Shown: piece by piece, positions 9,383 through 19,002 of the stretch | Layout of the letters: each line of letters opens with the position of its first letter | Numbering within the stretch: position 1 is the stretch's first letter | Source: an uncultured bacterium | GTDB taxonomy: Bacteria > Patescibacteriota > JACMRA01 | NCBI GenBank assembly: GCA_963704645.1 | Contig: OY969926.1 | Location: 96,001 to 160,000, forward strand | Length of the DNA: 64,000 bases | Direction: 5' to 3' | The notes under the pieces: generated by a model | Told to the model about the DNA's origin: nothing | The model's input: only the letters and a program-made list of their open reading frames with translations | The model's database searches: none | Made by a program: the position numbers and the translations under genes

Positions 9383-11650
9383 CTACTCCTCATCAGAAAG
9401 TGTATAAACATCCCTTGGTTTAGAGCCATTTTGCGGCCCCACTACGCCCTCTTCTTCTAGTTGCTGAATAATTCTAGCCGCCTTTGGGTAGCCTATTCCC
9501 ATCATTTGCTGTAAGAAAGAAGCCGAAGCTTTTTGGTATTGAACAACCAGGTTCTTTGCTTCTATGTAAACATCATCTTGAGCGTCTTCATCGTTGCGGT
9601 TAACCATTCCGGGAACATTAATTTTAACCTTGGGAGTTTCTAAAACTTTTAAATCTAGGTTGCTAAAATTATCGTTATCTTCTGCTAGACGTTTTAAATA
9701 TTCTACACATTTCTTAACCTCTTCATCGGAAACGTTTGGACCTTGAAAACGTATAGCAGCCATAGAATTTGGGTTCATAAATAAACCGTCTCCCTGCCCT
9801 AACAATTTTTCAGCTCCACCTTGATCTAAAATAACTCTGGAATCTATTTGAGAAGCCACAGCAAAAGCAATTCTGGAAGGAACATTTGCCTTAATAAGCC
9901 CAGTAACAACATGCGTATCAGGGCGCTGAGTACCCAATACTAAGTGAATTCCTACAGCTCTAGACATTTGGGTTAAACGTACAATAATTGGCTCTACTTC
10001 TGCCTTAGCCATCATCATTAAATCTCCTAGTTCGTCTATTACAAAAACTTGATATGGCAAACTTTCTAAACCTGTTAATTTAGCTAGTTTATTATAATCG
10101 GCAATATTACGTTTTGCGTGTTGTTCCAGCAATTTATAGCGTCGTTCCATTTCTAAAACTGTCCATTTCAAAGCATTAATAGCCTTGTCTGCGTCTGTAA
10201 TTACTGGGGCAAGCAAATGTGGAACTTTATCATAAAGTTTAAGCTCTACCCTTTTCATATCAACTAAAATAAGTTGAAGTTCCGAGGGCGAATAACGATA
10301 CAATAAACTTAGCAATAACCCGTTAATCCAAACAGATTTTCCACTTCCAGTAGACCCAGCTACCAACAAATGAGGCATCTTAGACAAGGCAAAAATAACA
10401 TTGTTTCCCGCTACATCCTTTCCCATTGCAATAGCCAATTCATCGGAAAAATTAAGGAATTTATGGGTTTGCAAAATATCTCGCAAAAGCACCATACTTT
10501 TTTGCTTATTAGGAACCTCTACACCCACCAAACTTTGCCCATTTACAGGTGATTCAACTCTAATATTGTTGGTAGCTAAAGCCAAGGCTAAATCTCTTTG
10601 TAGGGCATCTATTGCAGAAAGACGAACACCGTTAGCTGGTTTTAAAGTGTATTGGGTTACAGTAGGCCCAACTGAAACATCTCCCATTTCTACACTAATA
10701 CCAAAATGAGCCAAAGTTTCTTTAATAGTTTTTTTGTTTCCTTCAATATCACCAGGTTCAACTTTTGTATGGTTTTCACGAAGAATGTCGAAGGGCGGAA
10801 GCTTCCAATCTACCAAACTTTCGGCTGGCTGCATTTCTAAAATATCTTTTTCAGAACCAGCGAAACTAAACTTTGGTTTAGCCGTTTTTGTTGAGGAAGA
10901 AACTGGCCTGGCTTGAACATCAATAACATCGGAATTTGCACCAGAATTTCTACTTACTTTTTCATTAATCTTAGGATCAGACTTAGAAGCTGGAACATCT
11001 ACTGAACCAAATTCCTTAAAGTTTTCCGAAGGCCTGTCTTCAGCATTATTTGCTATATTGGAAATTGGTGTAGTGCTAGGGTTTTTCCAAACCTCAAAAA
11101 TGTCTGGAATAAAATCCCAAAATTCACCGGGATTTTTTAAAGTGTGTTTTAAATTTTCCAAAAACTGAGCAAAGGTTAAATTAGAAACCAAGAAAAACCC
11201 GAATATTCCTATACAAGCAATTATAAAAGCTCCACCAATTAGCCCGAAATAGCCCAAACTAACTGGGTAAATAAAATAGCCAAAAAGCCCTCCACCTTTT
11301 TCTACATCGGCCGGTGTTCTAACTTGCATTATTAAGCTTAAAAAGCCGTTCAAACAAGCAGCCAAAAAGAAAAAGCCCCAAGCAAGGCGGCTATTAACAT
11401 CTGTTACCAGCTGGTTGTTACGTTGAAGCCTAATTAAAATTATTCCCATAAAAAAGAAAATAATTGGCAAAATAACCGAACCTCTTCCTAAAAATATTCC
11501 TAAAAAAGCCCCAATAACCCTACCGAAATTACCAGCCAATCCAAAAATACTTAAATAAGTTAAAATACCAACAGCGAAGCTGGCCACAATAGAAAGTGTA
11601 ATTTTTGTATTTACATCTAGGTCTGGTAAAAGTTTAGGCCATTTCATCAT
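9383..11650 (-). CDS. ftsK: DNA translocase FtsK/SpoIIIE
   Basis: N-terminal TMs, PHLLVAGSTGSGKS, VIDELGDLMM, TQRP, gamma domain IGYPKAARII. Confidence 0.97.
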   Translation of the reverse strand: MMKWPKLLPDLDVNTKITLSIVASFAVGILTYLSIFGLAGNFGRVIGAFLGIFLGRGSVILPIIFFFMGIILIRLQRNNQLVTDVNSRLAWGFFFLAACLNGFLSLIMQVRTPADVEKGGGLFGYFIYPVSLGYFGLIGGAFIIACIGIFGFFLVSNLTFAQFLENLKHTLKNPGEFWDFIPDIFEVWKNPSTTPISNIANNAEDRPSENFKEFGSVDVPASKSDPKINEKVSRNSGANSDVIDVQARPVSSSTKTAKPKFSFAGSEKDILEMQPAESLVDWKLPPFDILRENHTKVEPGDIEGNKKTIKETLAHFGISVEMGDVSVGPTVTQYTLKPANGVRLSAIDALQRDLALALATNNIRVESPVNGQSLVGVEVPNKQKSMVLLRDILQTHKFLNFSDELAIAMGKDVAGNNVIFALSKMPHLLVAGSTGSGKSVWINGLLLSLLYRYSPSELQLILVDMKRVELKLYDKVPHLLAPVITDADKAINALKWTVLEMERRYKLLEQHAKRNIADYNKLAKLTGLESLPYQVFVIDELGDLMMMAKAEVEPIIVRLTQMSRAVGIHLVLGTQRPDTHVVTGLIKANVPSRIAFAVASQIDSRVILDQGGAEKLLGQGDGLFMNPNSMAAIRFQGPNVSDEEVKKCVEYLKRLAEDNDNFSNLDLKVLETPKVKINVPGMVNRNDEDAQDDVYIEAKNLVVQYQKASASFLQQMMGIGYPKAARIIQQLEEEGVVGPQNGSKPRDVYTLSDEE

Positions 11651-11702
11651 TTGGAAACTGAAAGTATTACACCATTTTGGCAAGGCTTTATAAAGTTACC
11701 CA

Positions 11703-11734
11703 AAAAATTAGGGCCAAGTGAGGTGCTTGGCCTT
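11703..11734 (-). terminator. Intrinsic terminator downstream of the 11828 ORF
   Basis: Minus strand GGCCAAG-CACCTCA-CTTGGCC then AATTTTTT. Confidence 0.6.
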
Positions 11735-11827
11735 AGTATTTAAAATTGTTAAAACTTTAAGAACTGCAATCTTGAGTTTAATTAAGCTGTTACCATGTAC
11801 TTATTTTGAATTCCTAAAACTCTAGGT

Positions 11828-12073
11828 CTAAAATCCAAAATAGGTTTGAACAGCCTTTCTCAAACGATCATCACAAATTCCCTTGCCTGTGAAGTTGTTA
11901 ACAACAGCGGACTGGATATGTGCGATCCAAGTTGAATCATAGTCTCCAAAGTTTTCCGAAATATAATTGTTTATATCATCAATCCTTAGCTCAGAAGAAT
12001 TATTATAGTCTAAGGATTGTCTACTTTCCCTCCCGCATTGTGGAATGGTTTTATTTGGAATTCTATGATTCAT
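11828..12073 (-). CDS. Hypothetical protein (about 81 aa)
   Basis: ORF fills the gap, has its own terminator, no recognisable motif. Confidence 0.45.
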   Translation of the reverse strand: MNHRIPNKTIPQCGRESRQSLDYNNSSELRIDDINNYISENFGDYDSTWIAHIQSAVVNNFTGKGICDDRLRKAVQTYFGF

Positions 12074-12255
12074 GCTTACCCCATACAAAAACTGAGTTTG
12101 TATTTATTTTTATATATTTTTTAGAAAGTTTGGCAAGTAGAAGTTGTTTATCTAACTTAATCTACAAAAAAATAGATATTCAACTTAGTAAAAAAACTAA
12201 ACAATTTTATTTTTGGTTGAATTGTTTAGTATTATTATGATTCTTCAATGCCTTT

Positions 12256-12277
12256 GGAGACCAGGGGTCTCCCCTAC
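12256..12277 (-). repeat. GTAG-type REP-like hairpin
   Basis: Minus strand GTAGGGGAGACC-CCT-GGTCTCC directly after the CapA stop. Confidence 0.65.
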
Positions 12278-12282
12278 GGTTT

Positions 12283-13623
12283 CTACTTCCCCGCGTAAGA
12301 GTAATTCAACCCCACTTTAGTTTGTTCCCATTTGGCTTGGCTTAAAACTTTCTTTGCTACTGCGTCGTCGGCTTTTTTGGCTAGTTTGTTGCTGTTATCT
12401 GTTGGAATTAAATTGGCTATTAGGCTGAATTTTGGTTTAGTTAAATTTTGTAATTTAGCCTGGGACAAACAATCATCTTTAAATTTTAAGCAGCTTGGGG
12501 CCAGTTTAGACCAGCTGGCCATGTTAGAATCCATTTCAAAGTTAAAGTTTAAATTTACAGCTAAACCTTGCCTGTAAAGCGGTGCACTTTGCTGGTCAAA
12601 AATAAAGTTTCCCATAGAATAAACAATTAATTTACCTTTGTAAGCTTCAGTGTTTTGTACGGAATGAGTATGATTTCCCAAAATAACATCGGCTCCTAAA
12701 TCTAACATTTTTTTGTAATAAGTTTGCTGCAATTCATCGGCTGTTAAACTATATTCTTTACCTTGATGGGGCATAATTATAGTAGGTAAGTAGTTTGAGT
12801 ATTTAGAAATTACAGCTAAATCATCTTCGGTAGGAAGTTTAAAAACGTTATGATACCCACACATTGCAACAGGTATTAGAAATTGTGTTGTGTCTTGAAT
12901 ACTCTCCTTAGAACTATTCTGTGTATTATTTTGACCAGCAATTTCGGTGCCAACTTCCATTATAGAAAAATTTGATTTAGAAGGTAAGGCAATTATTTCG
13001 CAAATTTCATCTTTGCCGTTTTCATCACGGAAGGCATTATCGAAATGGCCAAAATACTGAATTTTATTAGTTTCTAAATTCTGCCTAGTCTGCGCCAGTC
13101 CGTTTACTTCCTCCATATTATCTGTGTGATTGTTAGCCAAAGTAAAAGCGTTGAACCACTTAGCAGCTTCCACTGTATATTCTATAGGACAACTAAATTT
13201 TAACAAATTATCTTGGCTGGCAGAATTTATGTATGTAGAAGTTACAGGGCATTCCAAATCTGCTATCCAGGCTTGGTAATCTTGCCGGTTAAAACTAGAA
13301 AGTCCAGAAAAAGGGTAAGCAAATTTTAAATCACTGGCCTTAGACCAATCGTCTACATATCTTCCCCAAAACACATCGCCAAAAAATAAAGTGTTCATGC
13401 TTAAAGACGTTGGTTGAATAATTTCGGGCTTTTTTATTTCTGCTTGTGTATTTGTAGAATCTGTCTGGGTTTTAGCAATTTGGGAGCTTTGATTTTCAGC
13501 ATTTTTACTTTTATAATTAGGAAGATTATTTCCCAAAAAAACCAACAAAACAACTATTGGGAATGATATAATTAAAATAAATAAAAGGTTAGATACTATA
13601 TTTTTTAAACTGCTCTTAGTCAT
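12283..13623 (-). CDS. CapA/PGA-synthesis family metallophosphatase
   Basis: FFGDVFWGR, DLECP, TLANNH, PHQGKEY, GADVILGNHTH, YSMGNFIFDQ. Confidence 0.9.
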   Translation of the reverse strand: MTKSSLKNIVSNLLFILIISFPIVVLLVFLGNNLPNYKSKNAENQSSQIAKTQTDSTNTQAEIKKPEIIQPTSLSMNTLFFGDVFWGRYVDDWSKASDLKFAYPFSGLSSFNRQDYQAWIADLECPVTSTYINSASQDNLLKFSCPIEYTVEAAKWFNAFTLANNHTDNMEEVNGLAQTRQNLETNKIQYFGHFDNAFRDENGKDEICEIIALPSKSNFSIMEVGTEIAGQNNTQNSSKESIQDTTQFLIPVAMCGYHNVFKLPTEDDLAVISKYSNYLPTIIMPHQGKEYSLTADELQQTYYKKMLDLGADVILGNHTHSVQNTEAYKGKLIVYSMGNFIFDQQSAPLYRQGLAVNLNFNFEMDSNMASWSKLAPSCLKFKDDCLSQAKLQNLTKPKFSLIANLIPTDNSNKLAKKADDAVAKKVLSQAKWEQTKVGLNYSYAGK

Positions 13624-13648
13624 ATTTTAAAGGTTTATTTTGAATATT

Positions 13649-14632
13649 TTACACCTTGGAAAGATAATTTTTAAACCAGTTAGCCGTTTCCACAATAGCC
13701 TCTTCATTAGAATTTTTAGACATATCTGGAAAATATTTTTCGAACTTTGATGAATTTATTAAAAGACTATTTTGAAGTAAATATTGACTATCTTTGGCCG
13801 CAAGCATGTTTGTGTTAAAAAAAGATTCTATCTGAAACTGCCAGTTTGGAATGGTCGATATTCTGGCATTTATTTTAAGCTGTTCAGCAATTTGATTAGC
13901 TAAATTTAACAAAGAAACTTGCTGCATACACGGAGTTAAAAACACTTTATCATCCAAATTTAAAGTATTGTATTTTTCCACAATTTTAGTTACAGCGGCA
14001 GCTAAGTCTCGAGTATAGGTAAATGTAAATGGAAGGTTTAAATTAGGAATTAACTTAATATCTGGGCGTTTAGAAAACAGAAGTTGATTAAAAAATTGCT
14101 CTCCAAAAATAGATTTTACAGCGTAAGGACCAAACAAAGGTGAGGCTTTAAGGATTGTAATTGGCAAATCTTGATGGGTAACTTCTTTTTCTAAACTTTG
14201 GGAGACAAAGGCCCTAATTTGTGTTCGTGGCGAAATAGGTTTAAAATTGGTAGTTTCACTAATTTCCTGCCCTGAAACATCGCCGTAGGCTTCAATTCCA
14301 TCAATAAAAATAATTGGCTTACCAGTTTTAGCTAAACTTATTATATTTTCAATAAAAATAGGGTATTCCTCTTTCCAAACTTTTAAAGTATAGCTGCTTG
14401 GTTTATAGCAACAAATTACCAAATCACATTTATTGGTAAATTCTGTTAATTCTTTTATATTTAAAACATTGCCTTTTTGAATAACATTTTCAAAATTAGA
14501 AGCTTGCTTAAAGTGGGCTTTGCCAGACTTTGAAAATCCGTAAACAGTATAGCCCTGTTCTATTAATTCTTCATTAATTACAGAACCAACAGTTCCCGTA
14601 GAACCTATTATACAAATTGTTGGCTTGGGCAT
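13649..14632 (-). CDS. NAD-dependent epimerase/dehydratase family protein
   Basis: IIGSTGTVG Rossmann motif, FGP, FTYTRDLA. Confidence 0.85.
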   Translation of the reverse strand: MPKPTICIIGSTGTVGSVINEELIEQGYTVYGFSKSGKAHFKQASNFENVIQKGNVLNIKELTEFTNKCDLVICCYKPSSYTLKVWKEEYPIFIENIISLAKTGKPIIFIDGIEAYGDVSGQEISETTNFKPISPRTQIRAFVSQSLEKEVTHQDLPITILKASPLFGPYAVKSIFGEQFFNQLLFSKRPDIKLIPNLNLPFTFTYTRDLAAAVTKIVEKYNTLNLDDKVFLTPCMQQVSLLNLANQIAEQLKINARISTIPNWQFQIESFFNTNMLAAKDSQYLLQNSLLINSSKFEKYFPDMSKNSNEEAIVETANWFKNYLSKV

Positions 14633-14658
14633 ATTTAAAATTTATTTGGATTTATTAT

Positions 14659-16422
14659 TTATATTACAATCTTTAACTCTTCGTCTAAAACTTCTTGAAA
14701 ATTAGTTTTGTACTTCAAATTACTTAAAATACCTTTCAACTCTGGCCCAAAAATTTCGGCGACTGCATTTTCGTTATCTGAATTTAACTCTATTTTTTCT
14801 AAAACTTTTTGATATACAGAAATTATTACGAACAACATAGCCTGCATTTTTTCAAAAGAACAATATGTGTCAATTTTATCGAAGCCGTTTTGTTGAAGAT
14901 AGTCTTCCCGCAAAGATTTTGCAATTTCCAGAACTAAACGTTTGTTATTATCCAAACCGTCTGGACCAACTAATTTCACAATTTCTAGCAATTCTGTTTC
15001 TTCTGCTAGTATTTGTTTAGCTAACTTTCTGTTTTGTAAATATTTGCTACCAACAGGTAAACTAGTATCTAAAATTTTGGCATAACTTTCTTCAAATAAA
15101 GAATAGCTTGTTCTCCAATTAATAGCTGGATAGTGTCTTTTCTGTGCTAAATCTGAATCTAAAGCCAAGAAAACCTGACTATTTTTTAAGCTATTCTGGG
15201 TCATCGGTTCAGAAAAGTCTCCACCTGCTGGCGAAACAGTACCAATTACAGTAACCGATCCTTCCTGATTAGAAAAAGTTTTGACTACACCACCACGCTC
15301 ATAAAAAGCCGCAATTCTACTACCTAAATATGCTGGGTAACCTTCCTCCGAAGGCATTTCACCAAGCCTTTGGGAAACTTCACGCAAAGCTTCTGCCCAT
15401 CTACTTGTGGAATCGGCCATTAAAACCACGTTTAAACCCATATCTCTATAGTATTCTGCAATGGTTATACCTGTATAAATACTGGCTTCGCGGGCTGCCA
15501 GTGGCATATTGGACGTATTAGCAATTAAAATTGTTCTTTCCATTAAAGGCCTGCCTGTTTTAGGGTCTTCAAGAGTTGGGAAAAGTTTAATAATTTCTGT
15601 CATTTCGTTGCCACGCTCTCCACAACCAATGTACACTACCACTTCAGCGTCGCTCCATTTAGCAATTTGCTGTTGAGTAAAAGTTTTACCAGCTCCGAAT
15701 GGGCCAGGCGTAGATACTTTTCCACCTAACAAGATTGGAAAAAATGAATCTATAACTCGCTGCCCTGTTTTAAATATTTTTTTAGACTCTAATTTTTCAG
15801 CTACTGGTCTGGCAATTTTTACTGGCCATTTGGTAATTAAATTAAGTTTTTTTATTCCACCCTTGCTTCCTTTTAAAACTGCTACAATATCAGTAACTTT
15901 ATAGCTTCCTGCAGTAATTTTTTCAACGCTCCAAATTTGGTTTTTATCTAGTTCGGGAGCAATTAGCCAATGTTTAATTAAGGCTGTTTCTTGCACAAAA
16001 CCAAGCTTAGAACCACGCTCTATTTCTTCATCAAGCTGAACTGTAGGAATAAAATCCCATAATTTTTCTCTATCTAGAGCTGGTATATTGGTTCCTGGTT
16101 GAATAAAAATTGGACTGATTTCTTCAATCTTTTTTAAAGGACGCTGAATTCCATCAAACATTTCACCTAGCAAACCTGGACCTAATTCTACACTAAGTAG
16201 TTCGCCTAACAATTCTACTTCTTCACCTACTTGTAAACCAATAGTTTCTTCGTAAACCTGAATTTTACAGCTATTTTCTGTTATAGCAATAATTTCTCCA
16301 AGAAGTTTTTTACTTCCAATATACACCGTTTCAAGCATTTTTGGAGGATGAAAACTTACACCTTCCTGTTCTATAATTTCAGCAATAACAAGCGGACCAA
16401 GCACGTGGGTAACTTTCAGCAT
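14659..16422 (-). CDS. atpA: V/A-type ATP synthase catalytic subunit A
   Basis: PGPFGAGKT, YIGCGERGNEM, ANTSNMPLAAREAS, MADSTSRWAEALRE, EEGYPAYL; start at ATG 16422. Confidence 0.95.
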   Translation of the reverse strand: MLKVTHVLGPLVIAEIIEQEGVSFHPPKMLETVYIGSKKLLGEIIAITENSCKIQVYEETIGLQVGEEVELLGELLSVELGPGLLGEMFDGIQRPLKKIEEISPIFIQPGTNIPALDREKLWDFIPTVQLDEEIERGSKLGFVQETALIKHWLIAPELDKNQIWSVEKITAGSYKVTDIVAVLKGSKGGIKKLNLITKWPVKIARPVAEKLESKKIFKTGQRVIDSFFPILLGGKVSTPGPFGAGKTFTQQQIAKWSDAEVVVYIGCGERGNEMTEIIKLFPTLEDPKTGRPLMERTILIANTSNMPLAAREASIYTGITIAEYYRDMGLNVVLMADSTSRWAEALREVSQRLGEMPSEEGYPAYLGSRIAAFYERGGVVKTFSNQEGSVTVIGTVSPAGGDFSEPMTQNSLKNSQVFLALDSDLAQKRHYPAINWRTSYSLFEESYAKILDTSLPVGSKYLQNRKLAKQILAEETELLEIVKLVGPDGLDNNKRLVLEIAKSLREDYLQQNGFDKIDTYCSFEKMQAMLFVIISVYQKVLEKIELNSDNENAVAEIFGPELKGILSNLKYKTNFQEVLDEELKIVI

Positions 16423-16613
16423 ATTAACCTCAGCCAAGGTTTTAGAGCAAGTTATGTCAATTGATATAATGTCCACATTCCACGCTAATTCTTTTCTTGG
16501 GCAAGAAATATTTTGTGTTTAACTAAATAACTTTCTGCTCTAATTAATCGCTTCCTTGCCATTTTAAAAGAACTTTTGCCATAATAAATTAGCAAATTGC
16601 TCCAATGATTTAT

Positions 16614-18206
16614 ATGTACTATATTACCACTTCCCGCCCCTACTCTAACGCAACACCACATTTGGGAACCAGCATGGATGCTATTTACGGCGATGTTTTC
16701 GCCAGGTTTCAAAGCATGCTAAATGATGGCCAGGTTTTGTTCAGTATGGGAATGGATGATCATAGTTTCAAAATTGCCGACAAAGCTATTGAGCTTGGTA
16801 TAGAACCTAAGCAGTTTGTAGATCAAAAAAAGAACGAATTTTTGGAGACTTACAGCAAATTGAATATTTGTAACAATAATTTTATTCAAAGTTCTAATGC
16901 CAAACATCATTGGGTTGCTAATATAGTTTGGCAAAACCTAAGTCAAAAAGGCTATATTTATAGCAAAAGTTACAATGGTTTGTATTGCAAAGGATGTGAA
17001 GATTTTTATGCTACATCGCAGCTGGTTAATTCACAATGCCCTGTTCACCCCTATTTAGAAATTCAAGAGGTAGAAGAAACCAACTATTTTTTTAAATTAA
17101 GCCATTTTAAAACTGAGCTTTTACAATATTTAGGTGAAGTAAATGTACCAGATACAAGTGTTATTGTGGAAATGAAAAACTTTGCTAAAGACCTACAAGA
17201 CATTTCTATTTCCAGAGACAAAAGCAGATTAAACCTCGACTGGGGAATTCCAGTTTGGTCAGACCCAACCCAAGTAATGTACGTGTGGTTTGAAGCTTTA
17301 ATTACATATTTAACCCCGCTAGTTAACGAAGATTTGTTTGTAGAATTTTTGAATTTCCATGCTAATAACTCTAAAACTGATAATTTAGACGAGTTTTCAG
17401 TGGAAGATTTATACGAATGCTATGTTCCAAATAAATTTAGCCAAAATGAAGAAAATTTAGCCAACCAAGTTATAACAGTGCTACGAAACAAGCTTCCCCA
17501 AAACTTACAAATTATTGGCCGAGACAACGCTAAATTCCATTTAATTATTTGGCCTGCCATTTTGTTTGGTTTAGATTTACCACAGATTCAAAATTGTTTA
17601 GTTCACGGTATGATTACAGACAGTTTAGGCAGAAAGTTTAGTAAATCTTTAGGCAACGGAGTAGAACTAGACGACATTATTGAAAAAATTGGAGCGGAAG
17701 GTGTTAGATTTTTTATTTTAAACGAATGTAATTCTATAGGCGACAGCCCGTTTAGCTGGGAAAGATTAATTAATGCCTACAATTCCCACTTGGCTAACAA
17801 TTTAGGCAACTGTTTAATGCGTATTACAACCTTGGTTGAAAAATATTTAGATGGTTATCTAGACCTAGATAGCTTTAGAAATGAAGGCCAAATTGATATT
17901 GATACAGCAATTATATTAAAACATCTGCAAAACCTAACGCCTGAAAAAGCCAGTCAAGAATTATTCCACCAGTTAAGTAAAATTAACCTTTATTTGGAAG
18001 AAACCAAGCCTTGGAGTTTAGGAAAAGATTTGCCAAAAAGCCTTCCTAAAATTAAAGAAGTTCTAATGGTTTCCGCTTGGAATTTACGCTACCTAGCCGA
18101 AGTTTTAAGCATATTTCTACCAGAAACAGCAGACTACATTATTGAAACTTTAAATTCACCAGTAATTAAAAAAGCCAAAATTTTATTCGAAAAAGCCGAG
18201 TTATAG
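16614..18206 (+). CDS. metG: Methionine--tRNA ligase
   Basis: YITT..Y.N..PHLG, Zn knuckle YCKGCE..CPVH, YVWFEAL, KFSKSLGN. Confidence 0.95.
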   Translation: MYYITTSRPYSNATPHLGTSMDAIYGDVFARFQSMLNDGQVLFSMGMDDHSFKIADKAIELGIEPKQFVDQKKNEFLETYSKLNICNNNFIQSSNAKHHWVANIVWQNLSQKGYIYSKSYNGLYCKGCEDFYATSQLVNSQCPVHPYLEIQEVEETNYFFKLSHFKTELLQYLGEVNVPDTSVIVEMKNFAKDLQDISISRDKSRLNLDWGIPVWSDPTQVMYVWFEALITYLTPLVNEDLFVEFLNFHANNSKTDNLDEFSVEDLYECYVPNKFSQNEENLANQVITVLRNKLPQNLQIIGRDNAKFHLIIWPAILFGLDLPQIQNCLVHGMITDSLGRKFSKSLGNGVELDDIIEKIGAEGVRFFILNECNSIGDSPFSWERLINAYNSHLANNLGNCLMRITTLVEKYLDGYLDLDSFRNEGQIDIDTAIILKHLQNLTPEKASQELFHQLSKINLYLEETKPWSLGKDLPKSLPKIKEVLMVSAWNLRYLAEVLSIFLPETADYIIETLNSPVIKKAKILFEKAEL

Positions 18207-18215
18207 GTAGCCAAT

Positions 18216-18296
18216 GTAGAGGCGAGCCCGTCTTGCCACCAGGCAAAATAATAAATGATGTAACACATTCTTGTAGGGGAGATGCTTGCCATCTCC
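18216..18296 (+). repeat. Two GTAG-type REP-like hairpins
   Basis: GTAGAGGCGAG-CCCGT-CTTGCC (18216-18237) and GTAGGGGAGATG-CTTGC-CATCTCC (18273-18296). Confidence 0.6.
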
Positions 18297-18329
18297 TTCG
18301 TCTGAAATTCAACACACCCAATAAGAAAG

Positions 18330-18348
18330 CCCTAGATATGTTCTAGGG
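18330..18348. terminator. Hairpin between convergent genes
   Basis: CCCTAGA-TATGT-TCTAGGG. Confidence 0.5.
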
Positions 18349-18389
18349 AAAGAGTGTTTAAATTAAGCCAGCCCAATTAATATAATCAT

Positions 18390-18902
18390 CTACTCGTAGA
18401 AAAAATCATCAAGAGGACAGTATGGGCCAAAAATTTCTTCTAGAAAAGTTGGTTCGGAGACGTAGACTCTAACATATTTTTCTAGTTCAGGATAAACCGA
18501 AACTAGCCCTTCAGTTGGCACTTCATTTTCTGAGGTTTCAAACAGAATAAAATGTACTGTGTCTAAATGCTGCAAAGTAATAGCGTCTTTATAGTCATCG
18601 TCTAGAATGGAATGGTCTGTATAATCAGATTTTGCACATTCTAAAATGAAGGCTTTAGGAACTACTAGCAAGCAACGCCCGTCTCTTTTCAGTTTTACTG
18701 AAATAAGATTATACAACTCATATTTAGATACATTAATGGCAAGGCTATTGTTTTTGTTGGAACAAATTAGATTCACAGTTTCCTGCTCGTTGATAATTGT
18801 TCCATCATGAATTTCAATACAATCATACCGAAAAGAAACTTTATTCTTTATCAATTCATACCCATCACTGCGGCCATCTACAGTGGACAATTTTGATAAC
18901 AT
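18390..18902 (-). CDS. Hypothetical acidic protein
   Basis: 170-aa ORF preceded by GGAGGTG. Confidence 0.55.
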   Translation of the reverse strand: MLSKLSTVDGRSDGYELIKNKVSFRYDCIEIHDGTIINEQETVNLICSNKNNSLAINVSKYELYNLISVKLKRDGRCLLVVPKAFILECAKSDYTDHSILDDDYKDAITLQHLDTVHFILFETSENEVPTEGLVSVYPELEKYVRVYVSEPTFLEEIFGPYCPLDDFFYE

Positions 18903-19002
18903 TCACACCTCCGTATCTACATAAAATAACAAAATCTCCTCAAAATTCCTCTAATTCCAATAATATATTTTTTATGAAGAGTTTGGCAAGTAAATACTAA
19001 AA

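Noticed and set aside
14659-16422. Intein in ATPase subunit A
   Set aside because: Normal length, with a contiguous P-loop region
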